DNA from: an uncultured delta proteobacterium
GTDB lineage: Bacteria > Myxococcota_A > Polyangia > Fen-1088
NCBI GenBank assembly: GCA_963824555.1
Contig: CAWGPW010000016.1
Location: forward strand, 291,109 to 355,108
Length of the DNA: 64,000 bases
Direction of reading: 5' to 3'
The notes under the pieces are model-generated. The model did no database searches, was not told where the DNA came from, and worked only from the letters and a program-made list of their open reading frames with translations. Both the position numbers and the translations under genes were made by a program. Shown here in pieces: positions 34,777 through 44,348 of this stretch. Positions within the stretch are counted from its first letter, which is position 1; every line of letters starts with the position of its first letter.

Positions 34777-37707
34777 CTACCGCCGCACGAGCAGTTTCAA
34801 CTTCCCGATGCCCAAGCCGGGCCGGTAGTGGGCAAGCAGAAACTGCTGCAGCTCGGGAAAGCCGGCCAACGACTGGACACTGTCCAATCTGTCTCCGGTC
34901 ACGAACGGGAAGACGTCCTTCTCCTCCACGACGACCACCGAGGGCGGGTGGCTCGTCAGGTCGGCCATCAATCGCGGGCGATACCGGCCCCCCCATGCAA
35001 CCCGTTGCGGGACATCGTAGATGTAGCGGGTGGAGGATGACCGTCCAGCCAAGTCGTAGATGACGGGTTCGAATCCCCACACGTAGATCGGTTGGTCGGG
35101 AGGTGTATTGCGCGCAATCCAGCTCGCGATCCTGCGGCTGTCGCCCGCGCTCACGTCCGACGCCGAATGAAGACGGTCCATCAGGTCTTGGCGTGGCTCG
35201 TCGTGACTGAAAACAGCCTGCACGCGCAGCCCGTTGCGCGCCCACAAGGAGGCGCGATAGGGCGGAAGAATGCGTTCGTCCTTGAGCAACACAAGCACGC
35301 CTACCAGCGCAAGCACGGGCAGAAGGTGCGTCCGCAGGCGAACCCACAGCTTCCAAGCTCCCCACGCGGCGGGCAGCCCCAACAGGAGAACGACCGCGGC
35401 ATAGTGATACGGGAAGAATTTGGCTTGGAGCGCGACACCGATGATGGGAAAGAATGCGACGGCAAGGACATGCGCCAGACCAAGACGCTCGCGCGTGGCC
35501 AAGACGGGCAGCGAGACCGCGAGCAGAACGCCGAAGGCATCGTGGCGGGAGAAATCGAACAACGACTCGTCCCACGCGCGCGCGAGGAGTCCAAGGGCGT
35601 CCTGATCGTAATGTCCAAGCCTGGTGTAACTCGGCACGAACCCGAACAGCGTTTCGATCATCGCGGGCATGGCCCCCTTCGCGGCGATGTAGGTCGCGAC
35701 AAGCGCCATGGGGACCGCCGTCCCAAGGGCGACGAAGAGAAGCGGGCCCACGCTGGCTCGCAGCCGCGCGAAACGCCTGCCCGACCCGGCCGCGCGTGCA
35801 TGGCCAAGCAAGAAGGGCGTCAGCACCACCGCTCCGGCGAGCTGGGGTTTGAGCACGCCCGCCACTCCGTAGGCGACGCCGGTCAACAGCCAGAGCAGCT
35901 TCTGCGCGGTGCCGCCACCGCTTGGCAGGGTGGCGCGCTCGCTGGTACATAGGACCAGCGACCAGATCAGGAAGAAACCCGCAAAGCCTTCGGGCTGTGC
36001 CGTGCTCCAGAATTCGAGCTGGACGTAGGCCATGACCGACAGAGCAACGGCGGGCAGGGCCGGGCGCCACGAACCAACCCAGCGTTTGCAGAGCACGATG
36101 AACGCGGGAAAAAGAGATAGAAGCCCGATGGCCTCCACGATGCGGATGCCGTGCATGCCTTGCCCGAACAAGAGACGAGCGACGGCGTAGACGAAGAAGA
36201 TCCCCGGCGGCTTGAAATCCCAGGCATCCCGGTAGGGCGCTCCACCTTCGATCATGGTTCGCGCCACGACGGCGTAGATGCCCTGGTCGCGGCCATACTG
36301 AAAGAGCAGAAGGTGAGCGATGAGATAGAGCGATAGCAGGACACAGGCGACCAGCGCCGCCGCTTCCAGACGCGCCTCGACGGCGCGCGGGAGCGGAATC
36401 AGCCATCGGCCAAACCGCCGCACGCGCTCGGCATAGGCCCGCATCGACGCTTCGCCCCCCAGCACGACCACCCAGACCACACACAAGAGCGCGGCACCCG
36501 CAAACACGTAGGAGGCAGTCAGCAGCGCCACCGCATGCCTCAACCCACGGATTTCGAAAGTGCTGGCCATGAGGACGGCCGAAAGCACCAGGGTGCGCAC
36601 GACGGCGCTCCCTGTTTCGGCGACGGCGGGCGGCAGAGCCGCGAGTCGCTGGTAGAGCAACGCCATGCAGAAGATGGCCGGGGCGAACTGGTGCTCCCAG
36701 GCGATGGGCGCCGCCAGGGTCGCAACCAGCCAGGCGAGGCCCAAGACATCCGCGCGCAAGCTCGCGTCGCGGGGCAGGGCCCGAATCCGGAACGCGAGGT
36801 AGAGGAGGCTCAGACCGCCGAGGCCGAGCGAAACCATACGTGCGGCGACCCCAAGTGGCGCGATCACGAAATGGGCCGCCAATTCCGGGTGGAGCAAACG
36901 GGCCAGGAGCCCATTCCACGATTGGTTGGGATAATAGGCGTAGCCGGACGAAAGCGCCGGCAATACCCGAGTCAGGTAATCCACGTAGGCAGACCAGCCG
37001 GCGTAGACGACCGACAGCAGGGCCAGCACAAGACCCGACAAAAGGGTGCTGACCAGCGTTCGGCGCGCGTGCCAATAGAGGAGCGGCACCATGAGCACAA
37101 GAGCGGGGTGGATGGCGACCGCCAAGGCCAGCGCGATCCCGGCGGCAATCTCCTTTCCCTTTTGCATTGCCACCAGGCTGGCGCCAAGCAGCACCGTGAT
37201 GAGCACCGTGGTCTGGTCGTATTCGATGGCGCACATGAGCGGCTGCCAGAGCAGCAACACGAGCGCGAGGACGGCGGCCCGCCGAGCCGACGCGAAGGTC
37301 GAGGCGCGGTGGTTGGGCCGCACAAGGAGCATCAACAGCACGAAGATCGCCGCGAACAGACAGCGATTGGCAATGAACAGCCAAGATAGCGCGACATAGG
37401 GCGAAAGACCCGCCAACGGCCGGTAGAGCAAGGCGGAGAGCGGCGCGGAAGTGAAGGACGGCCCCTCGGCAGGGATCGTCGCGTACATCGGCTGCCCCCG
37501 AGAAACGCGCAAGGCGGCCTCGGCGGCTGGCCAGACGTCGCGGATGTCCGTGCCTTCGATCCGCCAAAGGCTGACCAGCGCGTCCCATCCCGGGTGGCTT
37601 TCGCTGCTGACGCGGGTTTGGACGAATCCCAACATGACGCCCAGCAGACCGAGGAAGAGCGCTTGGCGCATGAAGGTACGCTGACCCAACCAGGCCCCCC
37701 TCATCAT
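34777..37707 (-). CDS. Large polytopic membrane protein, apparently two GT-C-type glycosyltransferase-like modules fused, plus a C-terminal soluble domain
   Basis: Track ORF 34777..38256 trimmed to ATGATG at 37707, which overlaps the upstream stop. More than 20 hydrophobic segments. The second half begins YGRDQGIYAVVARTMIEGGAPYRDAWDFKPPGIFF (ArnT/PMT-like). Family assignment is by resemblance only. Confidence 0.7.
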   Translation of the reverse strand: MMRGAWLGQRTFMRQALFLGLLGVMLGFVQTRVSSESHPGWDALVSLWRIEGTDIRDVWPAAEAALRVSRGQPMYATIPAEGPSFTSAPLSALLYRPLAGLSPYVALSWLFIANRCLFAAIFVLLMLLVRPNHRASTFASARRAAVLALVLLLWQPLMCAIEYDQTTVLITVLLGASLVAMQKGKEIAAGIALALAVAIHPALVLMVPLLYWHARRTLVSTLLSGLVLALLSVVYAGWSAYVDYLTRVLPALSSGYAYYPNQSWNGLLARLLHPELAAHFVIAPLGVAARMVSLGLGGLSLLYLAFRIRALPRDASLRADVLGLAWLVATLAAPIAWEHQFAPAIFCMALLYQRLAALPPAVAETGSAVVRTLVLSAVLMASTFEIRGLRHAVALLTASYVFAGAALLCVVWVVVLGGEASMRAYAERVRRFGRWLIPLPRAVEARLEAAALVACVLLSLYLIAHLLLFQYGRDQGIYAVVARTMIEGGAPYRDAWDFKPPGIFFVYAVARLLFGQGMHGIRIVEAIGLLSLFPAFIVLCKRWVGSWRPALPAVALSVMAYVQLEFWSTAQPEGFAGFFLIWSLVLCTSERATLPSGGGTAQKLLWLLTGVAYGVAGVLKPQLAGAVVLTPFLLGHARAAGSGRRFARLRASVGPLLFVALGTAVPMALVATYIAAKGAMPAMIETLFGFVPSYTRLGHYDQDALGLLARAWDESLFDFSRHDAFGVLLAVSLPVLATRERLGLAHVLAVAFFPIIGVALQAKFFPYHYAAVVLLLGLPAAWGAWKLWVRLRTHLLPVLALVGVLVLLKDERILPPYRASLWARNGLRVQAVFSHDEPRQDLMDRLHSASDVSAGDSRRIASWIARNTPPDQPIYVWGFEPVIYDLAGRSSSTRYIYDVPQRVAWGGRYRPRLMADLTSHPPSVVVVEEKDVFPFVTGDRLDSVQSLAGFPELQQFLLAHYRPGLGIGKLKLLVRR

Positions 37708-39476
37708 CGACGCCTGAGCCGCGAGAGCGCCCGTCGAAACTGCCCAAGATCGATGGCCGAGCCCTGCCGCACCCACATCCCGGCGTCGATGGGCTTGTAC
37801 CCGAGGCTGCTCAGCTCCGAGCGCACCGCTAGGCCCTGATCCGCGGTGAGAAACCATGGCGCCTGAACGACGTCCGGTCTGAGCCTGCCCACGCTGTAGG
37901 CGTAGTCCCACTTCGTGTGCCCAGGGTAAAAGGGTAAGTGCGACGGGAGATGCGCGATCACCGGGTCGTTCTTGCCGAGCAAGTCGACGGACTGCGCGTG
38001 CGAAAAATAGGGAATCGCTCCGGCCGCGACCACGGCGATCGAGGCGTGCGAATCGAGCGCTTCCCGCAGGGCAAGTCCCGTGCGCGTCAACGTCCCGTCG
38101 TCGCCGATGCTGTATCCGTTCTCGGACAGCCAGCGCGAGACGGGTGTTCCGTCGATGGCAACCAACAGACCAAGCGACATGAGGACGGGAATCAGACCGC
38201 CGCGCAAACGTCCCGTCTCCGAGAACCGCCTGAACAGGTAGGAGCCCAACAGCCAAAGGGCGACGATCTCCACCGCACCGAACGGCACCGGCGCTTGGGC
38301 CAGACCGGCGTCCGGGGCACCGCTAGATCCGACCTTGACGACCGTCGCCAGGCCGACGGCGGCGGCGCAGGCGAGCAGGGCTGCCACTGCGGCGCGCCCG
38401 CCGAACGTGCACCGCGCGATGTTGGCCAGACCGGCGGACGCCAGAATCAAGAGAAGCGGGACCAGCGGGGTGACGTACCGGTTGCTGTAGAGCATCCACT
38501 CCCAGGCATCACCCCCGACAAACACCGAATAAATCGCCGCGGTCACCACGAGGATCGCCAACAACAGCGGCTCACGCGCCGGCCCCCGACGCGGCAGAAA
38601 CACGAACGCGGCGGCAACCGTGGGGGCGAGCAGGTGCGCGATCTCCAATTCCGCAAGGGCTTTCAGCCCGCGGCCAAGGCGCGCCCCCAGCGCGATCCCC
38701 GTCATCTTGAGGTAGTAGGTGTTCGGAAGTAGTGCGTGGTAATAGCTTTCGCGAAAGGCAGCCACGGCCGCAAGGGGAATCACGATCGCAGTGGCCAGAG
38801 GGATCCCGAAACGGTAGCGCTCGGTGCAAGGCAGGACAGCCACCAGCCAGAGCGCGATGACCGCCACCAGCAGGGTCGCATCATCGCGGGTGAGCTCGGC
38901 GGCGGCGAACAGCACACACAGGACGGCCACGTCGAGCGGTCGGTGATTCCGCTGGATCATGAGCGCCGCGAGGGTCGCGGACGAGACCAGGAAGGTCAGC
39001 AATCCGACCTCCATCCCACGCAGCGTCCAAAAGACGAGTGGATAGTAGAGCGCCGTCAGCGACATCGCGAGAAGCATCGAAAGACGGCTTCCCGTCAGCA
39101 GCAGCGCCAGCTTACCCACGACAAGAACATTCGCGATCAGAAGCACGGCGCCGGTGACCATCACGGCAAGCGAAATCGTAGGCTCGGGCAAACGAAGAAG
39201 ATGGAGCACCGTCATCCACAACGTCCACAAAAGGTTGGAATACCCCTCCACCGGCGCCGCGTGGGGGTTCCACGCAAGACCGAGCCCGTCGGCAAGATTC
39301 CGTGCGTAGCGCATGGAGATCATCGCGTCGTCGAAGAGCGAGAAGTACGTTCGGCCATCCACTTCGAACGCCGATCGCGCGATGAAGACCACCGACGCGG
39401 CGGCGCTCGCCAAAAGGATAGCTGCGGCCACCAAGCAGAGTGTGACGCCGCTTGGACGAGGCGACTTATCGGACAT
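37704..39476 (-). CDS. Polytopic GT-C-like membrane protein
   Basis: N-terminal TM followed by FSLFDDAMISMRYARNLADGLGLAWNP (DD motif in the first loop). Many TM segments and a C-terminal soluble domain. ATG at 39476. Confidence 0.65.
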   Translation of the reverse strand: MSDKSPRPSGVTLCLVAAAILLASAAASVVFIARSAFEVDGRTYFSLFDDAMISMRYARNLADGLGLAWNPHAAPVEGYSNLLWTLWMTVLHLLRLPEPTISLAVMVTGAVLLIANVLVVGKLALLLTGSRLSMLLAMSLTALYYPLVFWTLRGMEVGLLTFLVSSATLAALMIQRNHRPLDVAVLCVLFAAAELTRDDATLLVAVIALWLVAVLPCTERYRFGIPLATAIVIPLAAVAAFRESYYHALLPNTYYLKMTGIALGARLGRGLKALAELEIAHLLAPTVAAAFVFLPRRGPAREPLLLAILVVTAAIYSVFVGGDAWEWMLYSNRYVTPLVPLLLILASAGLANIARCTFGGRAAVAALLACAAAVGLATVVKVGSSGAPDAGLAQAPVPFGAVEIVALWLLGSYLFRRFSETGRLRGGLIPVLMSLGLLVAIDGTPVSRWLSENGYSIGDDGTLTRTGLALREALDSHASIAVVAAGAIPYFSHAQSVDLLGKNDPVIAHLPSHLPFYPGHTKWDYAYSVGRLRPDVVQAPWFLTADQGLAVRSELSSLGYKPIDAGMWVRQGSAIDLGQFRRALSRLRRR

Positions 39477-39509
39477 TGAATGGCCTGGTCCCAATTCCGG
39501 CAAGTGGAA

Positions 39510-39893
39510 CTAGCGCGCGGGAAGCGGACGAGGTGGAGGCGGGGGTGGCGGCAGAGGCGGCGGCGGCGGCGGTGGCAGTGGTGGTGGTGGTGGCGGCGGC
39601 GGCGGCGGCGGCGGGGGCAAGCGGGGGGGCGGGATTGGCACGCCGGCGCTGGGGGTTGGTCGGTATAGCTGCGGCGGCCGCTCGTTTTGCGTCCGAGGCT
39701 GCGCACTACCCTCGGCCTTCGGGCCGCGCGTAGCCGACGGCCACGCCCACAGGACGATGCCGACAGCCACTAGTCCCAAGGACAACCCGGCGGCCTTGCC
39801 CGCCGCGGGCCATCGCATGAGCAGCCTGGAAACGGCGGTGATGGTCAACCCGAGACCACCGAGCACGACGAGCATGATGCCTAGGGATTGCAT
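39510..39893 (-). CDS. Small membrane protein with a C-terminal poly-proline tail
   Basis: Two hydrophobic helices, then PPPRLPPPPPPPPPPPPPLPPPPPPPLPPPPPPPRPLPAR. ATG start. First gene of the GT-C operon. Confidence 0.6.
   Translation of the reverse strand: MQSLGIMLVVLGGLGLTITAVSRLLMRWPAAGKAAGLSLGLVAVGIVLWAWPSATRGPKAEGSAQPRTQNERPPQLYRPTPSAGVPIPPPRLPPPPPPPPPPPPPLPPPPPPPLPPPPPPPRPLPAR
39513..39645. repeat. (GGY/CCR)n trinucleotide tract encoding the poly-Pro tail
   Basis: The plus strand reads runs of ggc/ggt/ggg triplets for about 110 bp. Confidence 0.8.
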
Positions 39894-40082
39894 GGCCTTG
39901 CATAGTAACCCAAACGCGAGGCCCTTGCCTGACCGCCCCTAGGAAACGCGTGGGTTAGCGGCAAGTATCCTGGGCGTATCCCTGCCACGAAGGCCGGGCA
40001 AATTGTACGGCCGCCGGGCCGATTCGTCGCACGGGCCATTGCTGGCACCGAGGTGCATGGACAGACTTGGTTGAGCTCGGCG

Positions 40083-40841
40083 ATGATCAACAGCAACCCA
40101 GAGGCCTTCGAGATCGAAATCGCGGCGCTAAGCGACGCCGGCACCGAACGCGGCCACAACGAAGACCACTGTGGCAAGTACATCAAGAGCAAGACCAGCG
40201 GTCTGGTCGCGGTGGCGGACGGGATGGCCACCCTCGAAGGGGGCGATCTCGCCAGCCAACGCGCCATCTTGGCGCTCCTGCGCTCGTTCCGCGAGCTTGC
40301 CCCGGGAATGACCCAAGTGCAGCGGCTGGTGCGCGCCGCCCGCAACGCCAACTATGAAGTCTACGACATGGCCTTGGTCGTTCCCCAATTGCGCGGCATG
40401 AGCACGACCCTGACCGCGGTGGCGGTCAGCGAAGGCGACCTGACGGCCGCGCACGTGGGCAACAGCCGCATGTATTTGATCCGCGATGGCTACATCAACC
40501 AATTGAGCAAGGACCACACCATCGGCGCCGAGGCGGCGGCGGCGGAAGGCCACTACGCCCTCAAGGGCAGCGAGGTGCTCACGCGGACCCTGGGTCGCGA
40601 GCTGATCGTCTCCGTCGATTTGTTCGAGCTCGATCTCGTACAGGGCGATGTGGTGATCCTTTGCACCGACGGCCTCTACCGCGTGTTCGAGGACCCGGAG
40701 ATTGCGGCGCACGTCAAGGGGCTCGATGCCGCCACCGCCTGCCGCAAGCTCATCGACGAGGCCAACGTCATCGGCACCGTCGACAACGTCACCGTCGCCG
40801 TCGTGCGCGTGATCGGCGAAACGCCCGGGACGCGCAGGTAG
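40083..40841 (+). CDS. PP2C-family Ser/Thr protein phosphatase
   Basis: SDAGTERGHNEDH, VAVADGM, TLTAVAV, HVGNSRMYL, LCTDGL and DNVTVAVVRV. The GTG at 40053 is an alternative start. Confidence 0.85.
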   Translation: MINSNPEAFEIEIAALSDAGTERGHNEDHCGKYIKSKTSGLVAVADGMATLEGGDLASQRAILALLRSFRELAPGMTQVQRLVRAARNANYEVYDMALVVPQLRGMSTTLTAVAVSEGDLTAAHVGNSRMYLIRDGYINQLSKDHTIGAEAAAAEGHYALKGSEVLTRTLGRELIVSVDLFELDLVQGDVVILCTDGLYRVFEDPEIAAHVKGLDAATACRKLIDEANVIGTVDNVTVAVVRVIGETPGTRR

Positions 40842-40847
40842 GGCCTT

Positions 40848-41714
40848 TCACCGTGGCCACGGCAGCAGCGCGGGCGTCTTCTTCATGTGCTCGGCCCAGG
40901 CGGGGTGGCGGGAAAGCATGCGGCGGTCCATCCAGGGCACGCTGACGAGCACGAAGAGCAGCGTGATGGAGACAGGTCCGATGATCGACCAAGCCCAGCC
41001 GGGCCGGGCGGCCACGCCGAAGAGAAACAGTCCCCACCAGAAGAGAATTTCCCCGAGGTAGTTCGGGTGGCGGCACGCTGCCCACAGACCCTGATCGAAA
41101 ATTCTGTCTTGGTCGTGCGGCGAACGCAGGTAGTGTCGGAGTTGACGGTCGGCGATGGTCTCGACCACGATGGCCAGGCCCGCGATGAACGTGGCGGCGA
41201 GATCGACGACGCCGAACTCAGGCCGCGTGAGTGCCGGAAAGATGGGGATCACGCCCAGGAAGACCCAGGCTGTCGGCAGGACGTGAATCGACGCCAGGCT
41301 GGCCGGCCAGTAGGCCTTGCCGGTCTTGGCGCGGATCTCGAGATAACGAAAATCCTCGTCGGCCGGGCCACGCCAGCGCAGGGCCCAATTGGCGGTGAGG
41401 CGCACGCCCCAGACGGCCAGCAGCGCGAGAACGACTAGCTGGCGCAAGCCGAAGTTGGCGCCCGCCGCGACGGTCCAGTAGAGGGCAATCGGCAAGGGTG
41501 CCACGCTCCAGTACGGATCGTAGACGCTGGAGTTGTCGAGCGCGACGCTGAAGGCGAACACGACCAGCGTGGCGGCAAGGTCGGCGACGGCGGCGATCCA
41601 GATCGGGTGCAGTCCCGCTGCCGCGCGCCCGACGATGAGAGCCACCACCAGCGCGACGACATACGCCGCCGCGACGAAGGCTTGTCCGGCAGGTTTGGAT
41701 CGCACGACACGCAC
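40848..41714 (-). CDS. DUF1295 / steroid 5-alpha-reductase-like membrane protein
   Basis: Polytopic, with the signature GLWAACRHPNYLGEILFWWGLFL near the C-terminus. Confidence 0.75.
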   Translation of the reverse strand: MRVVRSKPAGQAFVAAAYVVALVVALIVGRAAAGLHPIWIAAVADLAATLVVFAFSVALDNSSVYDPYWSVAPLPIALYWTVAAGANFGLRQLVVLALLAVWGVRLTANWALRWRGPADEDFRYLEIRAKTGKAYWPASLASIHVLPTAWVFLGVIPIFPALTRPEFGVVDLAATFIAGLAIVVETIADRQLRHYLRSPHDQDRIFDQGLWAACRHPNYLGEILFWWGLFLFGVAARPGWAWSIIGPVSITLLFVLVSVPWMDRRMLSRHPAWAEHMKKTPALLPWPR

Positions 41715-41718
41715 GGGA

Positions 41719-42519
41719 TTATCCTTGGGCCTTGCCGTACAACTTGCGCGTCGCCCGGCCCATGATTCGAATCGCCGTCCGGCGCGGCAGCAGACGATTC
41801 ATGACGAAGGCCGAAAGACGGTAGAATGCGCCCGGGACCACGCTCGGGCCGCGGCCGAGAAACGCGAGGGTCTTCTCGGCGACGTGGTTCGGATCGAGCA
41901 AGGGAACCCGGCTTGGGCGCGGCTTGGAGGCCGCGTAGCCGGGCGTACGCGTGGCCCCCGCGCGACAGGCGACCACGTGCACACCGCTTGCGGCAAGCTC
42001 GTCCCACAGGGCTTCGGCCAAGATCAAGTTGAAGGCCTTGGACGCGGCATAGGCGGCGATCCACGGTCCACCCTGCGATCCGGCAGTGGAGGTCATAAGC
42101 ACGATGCCGCCGCGGCGCCTTGCGGTCATGGCGCGTCCGAAATGGTGCGAAAGAACGAGTGGCGCTCGGCAATTCACGTCGATCACGCGCAGGTGCTCCT
42201 CGACGGGATGGTCGAGAAAGGGGCCGATGATCGAGAAGGCTGCGTTGTAGACCAGCATGCCGACCTCGAGTTGCGCGGTGAAGTCCTGGACGAGGGGCAG
42301 CAGATCCGGCCGCGCCAGATCCGCGGTCAGGGTGCGCACCTCGATGCCGTGGGCTGCCCGCAGGTCGGAGGCCAAGGTGTCCAAAGCGGTCTGGCCGCGC
42401 GCGAGGAGCACCAGGTTGAGCCCACGCGACGCGAGCCGCCTGGCGAAGGCCTCGCCCAGCCCGACGGAGGCTCCGGCGATCACCGCCCAGGGACCGTATT
42501 GCTCGCGGAACGTGCTCAT
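41719..42519 (-). CDS. Short-chain dehydrogenase/reductase (SDR)
   Basis: AVIAGASVGLGEAFA (TGxxxGxG-like), NAA, and YAASKAF (YxxxK). Trimmed to the ATG at 42519, which overlaps the upstream stop (ATGA). Confidence 0.85.
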   Translation of the reverse strand: MSTFREQYGPWAVIAGASVGLGEAFARRLASRGLNLVLLARGQTALDTLASDLRAAHGIEVRTLTADLARPDLLPLVQDFTAQLEVGMLVYNAAFSIIGPFLDHPVEEHLRVIDVNCRAPLVLSHHFGRAMTARRRGGIVLMTSTAGSQGGPWIAAYAASKAFNLILAEALWDELAASGVHVVACRAGATRTPGYAASKPRPSRVPLLDPNHVAEKTLAFLGRGPSVVPGAFYRLSAFVMNRLLPRRTAIRIMGRATRKLYGKAQG

Positions 42520-43040
42520 TCCGTTGGCATCTCCATCTCTTCGGTGAATGGGTGCTCTTTGCGTGCCATCCGCCAAAGCACGATCATGGGAACGACGATC
42601 CAGGAGGCGTTTGCCGCCAACACGACAAGGGGACGGGGCGAGGCGTGCGCGCCCAGCCATTCGTCGAAAAGGATGATGGTCACGTTGGCCAGCATCATCC
42701 CGGACCACAGCACCGAGGGAAGGCGAATCCACTCGCGCCCGCGGGCAAAGGCATAGATGGCCGCGGCGTAGAAAGGCCCGAAGAGCAGGACGTCGATCCA
42801 GATGGTCGCGCGATACCAGGCCGGGCGCGCCCACAGCAAGGGATCGTAGGTCTTCTCCCACCAGTGAATCAACGCGAGGGCGCTGCGTGGGGGCCAGATA
42901 GGGCGAACGAAGGAAGCCGGATTGCCGATGATGATCTGTTCGAGGCTGATCACGTAGCTGACGAAAACCAGATTGACGATGAAGAAGCCCAGAAGCCCGA
43001 TGTCGAGTGGCCGGCGTTTGAGGGGAATGGGCAGCCGCAT
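42516..43040 (-). CDS. EXPERA-domain (TMEM97/EBP-like, DUF2781) membrane protein
   Basis: KRRPLDIGLLGFFIVNLVF…WYRATIWIDVLLFGPFYAAAIYAFARGREWIRLP resembles TMEM97/sigma-2 family helices. Trimmed to the ATG at 43040. Confidence 0.6.
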   Translation of the reverse strand: MRLPIPLKRRPLDIGLLGFFIVNLVFVSYVISLEQIIIGNPASFVRPIWPPRSALALIHWWEKTYDPLLWARPAWYRATIWIDVLLFGPFYAAAIYAFARGREWIRLPSVLWSGMMLANVTIILFDEWLGAHASPRPLVVLAANASWIVVPMIVLWRMARKEHPFTEEMEMPTE

Positions 43041-43101
43041 GGTGCGAAGATTACTCCAAGCGCCGCACCCTGGTACGCTGTTCGGCATCCTAGGGTGATT
43101 C

Positions 43102-44109
43102 ATGACGACTTTGCTTCTGCTGCCCTTCCTCTTGGCTACGAATCTCCCGACTTCCACGCAGTGGACCAAGGTCGAGACCCCTTTGCCCAAGGCGAGCGGC
43201 TTCGTCTCGCTCGACTATTTCGCCGCCGAGCGCGGCGCCGATCGCATTTGGATTCCGGCGGGCAACACCGGCTGCGTCGATGTGCTGGACGTGGCCACCC
43301 GAAAGGTCACCTGCATCGAGGGCTTTGCCGTCGCCGAGCGCGAACGACATGGAAAGATGCGCAAGCTCGGTCCGAGCGCGGTCAGCTTGGGCGGTGGCCG
43401 CGCTTTCGTCGGCAATCGCGCCAGCTCGGAGATCTGCGCAATCGATACCCACAAGCTGGTCAAGACCGGATGCGCTGCCTTGGCGGCCGTCAGCGACGGC
43501 GTCCAGTACGTCGCGGCCACCAAGGAAGTCTGGGTGACGACCCCCAGCGACGCATCCATCACCATCGTGGACGCCAGCGATGGCGACCGACCGAAACAGA
43601 AGGCCCGCATCGCCCTTCCCGGCGAGCCCGAGGGCTACGCGGTGGATGAAGCCCGAGGCCTCTTCTTCACGAACCTGGAGGACAAGGACAAGACGCTCGT
43701 CATCGATGTCAGGTCGCGCAAGGTCGTGCACACGTGGAGCCCGCGCTGCGGCCCGAACGGTCCGCGCGGGTTGGCCTACGATAGCCGGCGCCGATTTCTG
43801 TTCGTCGCCTGCACGGATCGGGCGCTGGTCCTGGATGCAGCCCACGGCGGTACCCAGCTCTCTACGCTGGAGACCGGCGCGGGGGTAGACAACATCGACT
43901 ACCTCGATACCCGGCAGACCCTGTACGTGGCCGCTGGGAAGTCCGCGCGATTGACCGTGGCCCACGTGGATGATCGTGGCGCGCTCAAGGCACTTGCCAC
44001 CGTGCCCACCGCGGAGGGCGGCCGGGTCGTGGTGGTGGCCGGGGACGGAACCGCCATCGTCGGCGATCCCGAGCACGGCGGCGTTCTCATGGTCGCGCCG
44101 CCCCACTGA
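43102..44109 (+). CDS. Secreted beta-propeller (YncE/YVTN-like) protein
   Basis: Signal-like MTTLLLLPFLLATN, then repeated blade-like segments (VWVTTPSDASITIVD, LFFTNLEDKDKTLVIDV, LYVAAGKSARLTVAHVD). Confidence 0.6.
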   Translation: MTTLLLLPFLLATNLPTSTQWTKVETPLPKASGFVSLDYFAAERGADRIWIPAGNTGCVDVLDVATRKVTCIEGFAVAERERHGKMRKLGPSAVSLGGGRAFVGNRASSEICAIDTHKLVKTGCAALAAVSDGVQYVAATKEVWVTTPSDASITIVDASDGDRPKQKARIALPGEPEGYAVDEARGLFFTNLEDKDKTLVIDVRSRKVVHTWSPRCGPNGPRGLAYDSRRRFLFVACTDRALVLDAAHGGTQLSTLETGAGVDNIDYLDTRQTLYVAAGKSARLTVAHVDDRGALKALATVPTAEGGRVVVVAGDGTAIVGDPEHGGVLMVAPPH

Positions 44110-44348
44110 TACGTCTCTATCCCGTATGGGGCAGCCTCGGCATCGTGGCAAATGTACGCCGTCGATATCTCCGGACAGGACATCGCAAGCCTGACCGGGG
44201 GGACGGTTCCCGTACCAAGCAACGCGGATGTTCACCTGGGCGCGCAGCCTCTTAGTTTCTAAAAGGCCCGGCGCCGCCCGGCTCGTAAGTCCCCTGTGCC
44301 GCCCTTCGAGTCTCCGTCCCTCGACTCGTGTTAGCGTGATCCTTCACC

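Noticed and set aside
34777-38256. Using the full 5'-extended track ORFs as genes (34777..38256, 41719..42861, 42516..43190, 49131..50288, 51291..51932, 55785..57143, 6922..7779).
   Set aside because: The N-terminal extensions overlap upstream genes or are Arg-rich junk. Internal ATG/GTG starts with RBS, stop/start coupling or signal peptides fit much better.
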